From Vulcanimicrobiota bacterium (GTDB lineage: Bacteria > Vulcanimicrobiota > Vulcanimicrobiia > Vulcanimicrobiales > Vulcanimicrobiaceae), in NCBI GenBank assembly GCA_003133025.1, contig PKZK01000043.1:1-13416 (forward strand): a stretch of DNA of 13,416 nt, written 5' to 3'. This document shows positions 7,245 to 13,416 of the stretch, one piece after another. Numbering within the stretch: position 1 is the first letter of the stretch; each line of letters begins with the position of its first letter. Made by a program: the position numbers and the translations under genes. The notes beneath the pieces are model-generated. The model made no database searches, had not been told where the DNA came from, and was given only the letters and a program-made list of their open reading frames with translations.

Positions 7245-8474
7245 ATGGTCGGCACTCGTTCGCTCGAGGGTGCGCAACGCACGCTCGAGTTCGGCATCTA
7301 TCGCGACGGCGACAACAACCTCGACGACATTCAGTCCGGCGTGATCGCACAGGCACGGGCGGTCAGCGCTCGCAACCCGGGCATCGAATTTCTCGTCGAA
7401 GACACGACGGCTCGCCGCGGCTTTGCGCCGCGTCACGTGCTGCGCACGGAATCCTACGCCATCGCGGAGGGCGAGCTCTCGCGACGCATCGAGGTCGGGC
7501 CGCCGCACGACATGTCCGACGGCAAGACGCTGGCAAACTTCGTGCGACGCACGCTCGACCGGGCGCAGGCCAACGGCGCGCAGCAGACCTGGATCGAACT
7601 CGTCGACCACGGCGCGGGCGACGGCGGCGGCCTCGAGGCCGACCACGGCAACGGCATCATGCGCGAAGACGACATGGCCCGCGCGATTGCCGCCGGCGTG
7701 GCCGCACACGCCCGCGCGCACCCCGAAGACGCAAGCCGCCGCGTCGACGGCGTGCTCGCCAACGAGTGCCTCATGGGTTCGCTCGGTAATGTGTCGGCAC
7801 TCTCGCACGCCGGCGTGCGTTTCTTCGCGGCGTCGCCGGAGACCATGCTCGCGCCGGGTGCGCCCACGAGCGTCGCCGATGCCATCGAGCGACATCTCGA
7901 CGAGCCCAAAGCGATGGCGAAATCGATCGTGGAACGCGTGATGCGCACGCGCTACGAATTGGGCGACGGCGAACGTTTCGGGCCCGCGGCCGCCTTCGAC
8001 GTCTTCGATCTCGCTCCGGAGAAGGTTCGCGCGATGGAGCGCGGCGTGCGCAACCTCGATGCGGCGCTCGGCAACGCCGCGCAGGATCGCGCGCTGCGCG
8101 ACGCGATTCGGCAAGACGCACGCGGCGTGGAGGGCATGGTGCGCTTCCGGCACAACGGCGGACTGCCCTGGCGCGCCGATCGCCCGGCGATCGCACTCTA
8201 CGATGCGCTGGCCCGCGACGGCAGATTACCCGAAAGCGTGCGCGAGCCCGCGCGCGTCGCCCGCGATGCGGTGGCGGATCTCGTGCTCGCACATCGCGAG
8301 AGCGACGGCTTCGAGCCCTTCGACGGCGCCGACTACTCCGACGCGAGCGGTCCCACGGTGCATTTCCCGATCACCAAGCGACAGATCGATGCATGGGCGC
8401 CCGACGTCTCGGAGACCGATAACGCCTTTTACGCGAAGACGGGAGCCGCCGACCTGACGCGTCGCCTCACCTGA
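7245..8474 (+). CDS. Clostripain-related cysteine peptidase (MEROPS C11, clan CD), ~409 aa
   Basis: GGAGG 5 nt before ATG 7245; IYRDGDNNL, catalytic His in VDHGAG (7608-7610), catalytic Cys in ANECLMG (7767-7769), FAASPE; order and spacing as in C11. Confidence 0.8.
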   Translation: MVGTRSLEGAQRTLEFGIYRDGDNNLDDIQSGVIAQARAVSARNPGIEFLVEDTTARRGFAPRHVLRTESYAIAEGELSRRIEVGPPHDMSDGKTLANFVRRTLDRAQANGAQQTWIELVDHGAGDGGGLEADHGNGIMREDDMARAIAAGVAAHARAHPEDASRRVDGVLANECLMGSLGNVSALSHAGVRFFAASPETMLAPGAPTSVADAIERHLDEPKAMAKSIVERVMRTRYELGDGERFGPAAAFDVFDLAPEKVRAMERGVRNLDAALGNAAQDRALRDAIRQDARGVEGMVRFRHNGGLPWRADRPAIALYDALARDGRLPESVREPARVARDAVADLVLAHRESDGFEPFDGADYSDASGPTVHFPITKRQIDAWAPDVSETDNAFYAKTGAADLTRRLT

Positions 8475-8497
8475 GCGTCGCGGCGCGGGCTCGCCGG

Positions 8498-8893
8498 TTA
8501 ATCGGGCGGCAGGGTGAGCGCGACCGAGCGCTCGACCTCGGTGCCGGTCGAATCGATGCCGTAGACGGTGAGGTCGATTTCTCCGGCGTGATAGGCGGGG
8601 ATGTCGACGGTGACCACCTGCCGTTCGGAGATCGAACCGGGATCCACGTCGGAGGCGCCGTCGACCAGATTCGCCTTGAGTTTCTTTCCGTCGAACGTAA
8701 ATGCGAGGGAACGGCTGACCAGCGTAAACGGCTCTTCCGAGCTATTTTTAACCGTCACGTCCAGGATCAGTTGACGCACGCCCGCGGCGAGGTCTTCGCC
8801 GTCGTAACCCGCGTAGGCGAGACGAGCCGACACCACCGTGAACTCCTGGTCTCCCGCCGCCAAAGGCGGAGGTGCGGTCACCTTCAGATCCAT
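8498..8893 (-). CDS. Hypothetical beta-rich protein (131 aa), possibly DUF4352/Ig-like fold
   Basis: Alternating beta patterns LILDVTVKNSSEEPFTL, DVDPGS...VVTVDIP; acidic; fills the gap between the protease and the helicase. Confidence 0.6.
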   Translation of the reverse strand: MDLKVTAPPPLAAGDQEFTVVSARLAYAGYDGEDLAAGVRQLILDVTVKNSSEEPFTLVSRSLAFTFDGKKLKANLVDGASDVDPGSISERQVVTVDIPAYHAGEIDLTVYGIDSTGTEVERSVALTLPPD

Positions 8894-8910
8894 GCTCTGC
8901 TAATTGCCGG

Positions 8911-8938
8911 AGAAGAAACCAGCCCCTCCAGAGAGGCT
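8911..8938 (-). terminator. Possible intrinsic terminator after the helicase
   Basis: Minus strand AGCCTCT-CTGG-AGGGGCT hairpin followed by GGTTTCTTCT, starting 6 nt after the stop; the U-tract is weak. Confidence 0.4.
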
Positions 8939-8944
8939 CGGAGC

Positions 8945-11014
8945 CTACCGCTCCAAGGGGACGGAGTTGGGATAAATCGGCCGGTTTATGATCTGTTCGA
9001 GCGAGGCTGCGTCCGCCTCGAGCGCCAGCGCACAGAATTTCTCGAAGTCCTCGCGCTCGGCGAGACCCTCTTCGTAGCGAGCGGTCGTCGTGAGATCGAC
9101 CTTCGAGCCCACGTCGAGAAAGCGCACGAAACGTCCGTCGTCGTCGCGACCGGTATCGACGAGGCCGGCTTCCTGCCAGATGCGCACTGCGGTCGAAACC
9201 GTTTCCCCCTTGACCATGTCGAGATCGAGCGTACGCGCCACGTCCTCGTGCGTCATGCGCAGGGTATCGGCCGAGGCGAGCGCGCGCATTCCGCGGTAGA
9301 GTTCGCGCAACGTCGCGATCGACGGCGCCGACTGCGCGATAATGAAATCGTTGATGCGCCGGTCGGCCTCGCCGTAGAGCAGGTGAATGCGCGCGGGCAA
9401 GCCGTCGCGACCGGCACGGCCCGCCTGTTGATTGAACTCCGTCAATGCGAAGTTGAGATGGTAGAGCACCACGTCGCGCACGTCGGGTAAGTCGATGCCC
9501 TCGCCGAACGCCGAGGTCGCCACCACCAAACGCAGCGCGCCGGCGCGAAAGAGATCCTCCAGTTGCGCGCGCTCGCGGGCGGGCACGCCCGCGTGATAGA
9601 AGCCGACGTTGTCGCCGAAGCGCCGGCGCAAGCGCTCGGCCAGCTTCGTGGCCTCGCTGCGCGAGTTGCAATAGACGATCGCCTTCCCGTCGCCGTCGAG
9701 TTCGCGTTCGAGGTAGCGTTGCTTATCGGCACCCCGCGCGTCGATCACGCGCAGGTTGTCGCGTACGGTCGGATCGATCACCCAGCGCTCGATGCGCAAA
9801 GCCGCGCGGATTTCGGCGAAGGCCGCTTTGTCGGCGGTCGCCGTCAAGGCCAGCACCTGCGGGCGTCCGAGCGCGTCGAGCAGCGTGCCGAATTCCATGT
9901 AGGCCGGCCGATGACGCGACTCGAGGAGATGATGGGCCTCGTCGACGACGACGAGCGCGGGCACGTTGCACGCGCGCGCGAATGCGGCCTTGTGATAGGT
10001 GGCGAACTCGGGCGTGGCGAGCACCACGTCCCACGAGCCGTCCTCGAGCGCGAGGTCGAGTTCGGCGCGTTCGTCGCCGTCGATCGAACCGTTGGCGCGA
10101 AGCACGCGCAAACCGAGCGGCGCGAGCCGCCGCTCGAGCGCCGCATGTTGATCGTTGGCCAGCGCGCGCAACGGATAGAAGACCAGCGTCTTGCGTCGCT
10201 CGCGCAAAGCGCGATCCGCCGCGGGCAATTGGAAGCAGAACGACTTGCCGCGGCCCGTGCCGAGCACGGCCAGACAGTTATCGCCTTCGGCCACGCGTTC
10301 GAGCACGGCGCGTTGCGAGTCGCGAATCGGTTTATCGCCGATCAACGCGTGGCGGATCCGCTCGACCGGCGAATCGTGTTCGAGCAACCCGAGCGCGGCG
10401 CTCTCGCCCGCGGACCGTCGCGAGGGCGGCAACGTACTGCGCCGGCGGCGCACGTGAATGTTGACGCCGACGTGTTTCTCGCCGCCCCCGGTGACGTCGG
10501 CGACGACGGCGCTATACCGGTCGCCTTCATCGATCTTGGGCGCGATGCGCTTGGCGATCTCGCGGCGGATGAAGCCCACCTGCAGGCTGCCGTAACGTAC
10601 CTCGATCGCGTTGGGATCGGCCTCGTTGTGCGGATCGCGGACCAGTTCGAGTTGCGCGCCCGCGCTCAGGCCGCCGGCCACCGACTGACGAAGGCCGAAC
10701 GAAACGCCCACCACCTTCGTATGGAAGTCGTCGGCGTCGCCGATCCTTGCGTAGGGGTCGCGCGCGAGAAACTCGTCACGCCGGGCAAACAACGCCTCGA
10801 CGAATTCCGACGCTGAGTCGACGGCCGCGCCGGACTCCGCTTCGGCCGCGACGGTATCGACTCGCGGCGGCAGCGGCGCGTCGTCGTCGAGGTCGTCGAA
10901 GCGCGCCAAAAGCGCCTCGAAGGCCGCCTCCGACGCGGTCGGCGGCGGCAGGCCCCGATCCGCGGGCTTACTCGGGCTTCGCGGCCGCCCCGTGCTCGTC
11001 CGCGCTCTTCGCAT
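8945..11014 (-). CDS. HIRAN-domain RecQ-like SF2 DEAH-box helicase with probable RecJ-type C-terminal domain
   Basis: HIRAN FHTKVVGVSF..LELVRDPHNEADPNAIEV..QVGFI; motifs GTGRGKS, YPLRALANDQ, ATPE, DEAHH, LTATA, VYCNSR, YHAG, ATSAFGEGID, QQAGRAGRDG. Start uncertain: ATG 11014 overlaps secF by 47 bp; CTG 10951 or TTG 10909 are alternatives. Confidence 0.9.
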   Translation of the reverse strand: MRRARTSTGRPRSPSKPADRGLPPPTASEAAFEALLARFDDLDDDAPLPPRVDTVAAEAESGAAVDSASEFVEALFARRDEFLARDPYARIGDADDFHTKVVGVSFGLRQSVAGGLSAGAQLELVRDPHNEADPNAIEVRYGSLQVGFIRREIAKRIAPKIDEGDRYSAVVADVTGGGEKHVGVNIHVRRRRSTLPPSRRSAGESAALGLLEHDSPVERIRHALIGDKPIRDSQRAVLERVAEGDNCLAVLGTGRGKSFCFQLPAADRALRERRKTLVFYPLRALANDQHAALERRLAPLGLRVLRANGSIDGDERAELDLALEDGSWDVVLATPEFATYHKAAFARACNVPALVVVDEAHHLLESRHRPAYMEFGTLLDALGRPQVLALTATADKAAFAEIRAALRIERWVIDPTVRDNLRVIDARGADKQRYLERELDGDGKAIVYCNSRSEATKLAERLRRRFGDNVGFYHAGVPARERAQLEDLFRAGALRLVVATSAFGEGIDLPDVRDVVLYHLNFALTEFNQQAGRAGRDGLPARIHLLYGEADRRINDFIIAQSAPSIATLRELYRGMRALASADTLRMTHEDVARTLDLDMVKGETVSTAVRIWQEAGLVDTGRDDDGRFVRFLDVGSKVDLTTTARYEEGLAEREDFEKFCALALEADAASLEQIINRPIYPNSVPLER

Positions 11015-12341
11015 CGTGGCCGACGGCCGCTTCGTGCGCGGCGAATTCTTGCGCGATCGGATGATCCTCGAGATTCAAGACGATCTCTTCGTGACCGAGT
11101 TCCAACTGCTCGTCGTGCAGGCCCGCGCGCTGCGCGTCGAGCGGATCGATCTCCTCGTGCCCGTACTCGAGCACGTCTTCATCGTATTCGGTGTACTCGG
11201 GCTCCGCGACGGCCGTACCGGCCGGGGGCGCGACCCGCTTGCGCTTGTAACGCGCGGGGCCCGTCGTGCGCGCGGGCACGCTCTTCTTCTCGGAACGGCG
11301 CTCGCGACGCGCGGCCAGGATTGCCGCACGTTCGGCGGCGTCCTTCTCCTGGGCGCGAGCTTCGGCAACGCTCTTGGGCGCGCGCAGGCCGCCGCTCGCA
11401 CGCAGTTCCTCACGCTTCTTCGCAGCGTCCTTGAGCTGGCGATCGCGCATCACCGCGACCAGCGGAGCCGAGTAGAAGATCGAGTGGTAGCCGCCGGAGC
11501 AGATGCCCACGAGCAGCGCGAAGGCGAAATTCTGCAGCGAGGCGCCGCCGAAGGCCAAGAGCGCCACGAGCGTGACCACCACGGTCGCGAGCGTGTTGAC
11601 CGAGCGCGACATCGTCTGCAGGATCGAGGTGTTGACGATCGCGTCGTACGACTGCCCCGGCATCAGCCTGACGTTCTCGCGGATGCGGTCGAGGATGACG
11701 ATCGTGTCCATGACCGAGTACCCGATGACGGTCAGCACGGCTGCGAGGAAGGCGTCGTCGGCGCGCTTTTGCGCCAGCGCGTAGATGCCGATCATCATCG
11801 CCGCGTCGCGCAAGAGCGCGATGACCGTGACCAGGCCGAAGATGTAGTTCCAGCCGAAGCGGAAGGCGATGTAGCCGAACTGGATGCCGATGGCGATGAC
11901 CAAGGCTTCGAGCGCTTTGATCAGATACTCGTGCGAAAGCGACGGTCCGACGGCTTCGATCGACGACTGCGTGCGGTCGATCGTGCCCGCCGTGGCCAGC
12001 GCGTTCCAGATCTTGCTGGTCTGATCGCCGAAGTCGACCTGCGTCGAAATCGTAAAGCGTTCGTTGGCGTCGTCGCCGGCCTTGGTCAAGGTGTTGACCT
12101 GGGCGTCGGTGACGTTGACCGTGGCCAGCGCGGCACGCACCGCATCGGCCGTGGTGGGCGCCTTGTATTTGACCGTCACGTCGGTGCCGCCGGTGAACGA
12201 CAAACCGAGCTTGATCGGATAGTGGTGCACGACCAGGTTGTAGGCGATCATCAGCGCGCCCGCGATGATGATCGCGTACGAGATCGCCGAGACGGTCTTG
12301 AACCAGCCGACGACGTTCCAATTCAGGCGACGGAAAAACAT
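10968..12341 (-). CDS. secF: Protein translocase subunit SecF with long charged C-terminal extension
   Basis: LGLSFTGGT, EAVGPSL, YIAFRF, AAVLTVIGYSVMDTIVILDRIREN, SILQTMSRSVNT; immediately downstream of secD. Confidence 0.96.
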   Translation of the reverse strand: MFFRRLNWNVVGWFKTVSAISYAIIIAGALMIAYNLVVHHYPIKLGLSFTGGTDVTVKYKAPTTADAVRAALATVNVTDAQVNTLTKAGDDANERFTISTQVDFGDQTSKIWNALATAGTIDRTQSSIEAVGPSLSHEYLIKALEALVIAIGIQFGYIAFRFGWNYIFGLVTVIALLRDAAMMIGIYALAQKRADDAFLAAVLTVIGYSVMDTIVILDRIRENVRLMPGQSYDAIVNTSILQTMSRSVNTLATVVVTLVALLAFGGASLQNFAFALLVGICSGGYHSIFYSAPLVAVMRDRQLKDAAKKREELRASGGLRAPKSVAEARAQEKDAAERAAILAARRERRSEKKSVPARTTGPARYKRKRVAPPAGTAVAEPEYTEYDEDVLEYGHEEIDPLDAQRAGLHDEQLELGHEEIVLNLEDHPIAQEFAAHEAAVGHDAKSADEHGAAAKPE

Positions 12342-12345
12342 CGCG

Positions 12346-13416
12346 CTACGCTCCGTACGCCCGGTGATCGGTGACCAGATCGTTGTCGACCACGACGTCG
12401 ACGAAGAACCGGGTCACGAAGACGGCGGTGACGAGCGAGAACAGCGTGCCCCAGAAGAGCGTGTAGGCGAAGCCTTTGACGGTGCCCGTGCCGAGCACGA
12501 ACAGCACGCCCGCGCCCACGATGGTGGTCACGTGGCTATCGAAGACTGCCGTGAAGGCGCGCTTGAAGCCGATTTGCACGGCCGCGCGCAGCGTCTTGCC
12601 CGACCACAACTCTTCCTTGATGCGTTCGAAGATCAGAACGTTGGCATCGACGGCCATGCCGATCGAGAGCACGAACCCGGCGATGCCGGGGAGCGTCAGC
12701 ACGGCTTTGACGCCGGCGAGCAGCCCGAGCAGCATGAGCACGTAGAGAATCAGCGCGATGTCGGCCAGGAACCCCGGCAGGCGATAGACGGCGACCATGA
12801 AGATCAGCACGAGGCCCAGCCCGATCATGGAGGCCCAAAGCGACTTTTCGAGATCGATCTTGCCCAGGATCGGCCCGACCGTGTCGTTTTCGACGACGGT
12901 GACGCCCACGGGCAATGCGCCGGCGTTGAGTTCGTTGGCGACGCGAATCACTTCGTCTTCGGTGAACTGTCCGGTGATCTGACCTTCGGTCGTGATCACG
13001 CCCTGAATCGTGGCCGCCGACACGTACTTCTTATCGAGGAAGATCGCCAGCAACTTGTTGAGGTTGTCGGTCGTGACCTTACCGAATTTGCCGCCGTCTT
13101 TGGTTTGGAAATCGATCTTCGGGTTGCCGCTCTGATCGAAGCCCGCCTGCGCGCCCTTGAGGTCGGCGCCGGAGTAGACGATGGGTCCGGCATCCTTGTA
13201 CGCGCCGTTCGGATCGTCGGCATACTTCTTATCCGTGAGCGCCTTCTGATTGACCGCAGCCGGAATGATCTTGAAGTCGAGCTTCGCAACGTCTTTGAGC
13301 GTCTGCACCGCTTCATCGGGGTTTTTGACGTTGGGCAACTCGACCAGGATGCGGCTGTCGCCGACCGGCTCGATCTGCGGCTCCGAGACGCCCAAGCCGT
13401 TCACGCGATTGGAAAC
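12346..13416 (-). CDS. secD: Protein translocase subunit SecD, 5' end outside the window
   Basis: NRVNGLGVSEP, RILVELP, LNAGALP, VGPILG, LTLPGIAGFVLSIGMAVDANVLIFERIKEE, GTGTVKGFA; frame open to the window end. Confidence 0.97.
   Translation of the reverse strand, partial: VSNRVNGLGVSEPQIEPVGDSRILVELPNVKNPDEAVQTLKDVAKLDFKIIPAAVNQKALTDKKYADDPNGAYKDAGPIVYSGADLKGAQAGFDQSGNPKIDFQTKDGGKFGKVTTDNLNKLLAIFLDKKYVSAATIQGVITTEGQITGQFTEDEVIRVANELNAGALPVGVTVVENDTVGPILGKIDLEKSLWASMIGLGLVLIFMVAVYRLPGFLADIALILYVLMLLGLLAGVKAVLTLPGIAGFVLSIGMAVDANVLIFERIKEELWSGKTLRAAVQIGFKRAFTAVFDSHVTTIVGAGVLFVLGTGTVKGFAYTLFWGTLFSLVTAVFVTRFFVDVVVDNDLVTDHRAYGA

Noticed and set aside
9563..12374. Long plus-strand ORFs 9563..10816 and 10992..12374
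   Set aside because: Antisense mirrors of the helicase and secF produced by GC3-biased codon usage; no recognisable motifs.
1..13416. Prophage, IS, integron, CRISPR, tRNA or canonical defence island
   Set aside because: No integrase, transposase, att/TIR pairs, spaced repeats or tRNA fold seen; the helicase sits in a housekeeping position and has no nuclease or methylase partner.

Overview
High-GC bacterial chromosomal window. Gene content (NHL-repeat lipoprotein, DUF4760-like protein, TonB-like Pro-rich protein, single-Arg Tat-like leader) is reminiscent of Eremiobacterota/Vulcanimicrobiota, but that assignment is inference only. The backbone is the minus-strand housekeeping order secD-secF-[recJ slot]-apt-relA/spoT. 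The recJ slot holds a HIRAN + RecQ-like DEAH helicase with a probable RecJ-type C-terminal domain but no DHH nuclease. About 7.9 kb of mixed-orientation genes separate it from apt: two small secreted proteins, a TonB-like protein, hyi, an alpha/beta hydrolase, an NHL beta-propeller lipoprotein, a GNAT, a beta-carbonic anhydrase, a DUF4760-like membrane protein, a clostripain-like (C11) protease and a small beta-rich protein. Other oddities are a probable CTG start and structured leader for apt, and a SecF with three substituted membrane motifs and a ~160-aa charged tail. No RNA genes, CRISPR arrays or mobile elements were recognised.
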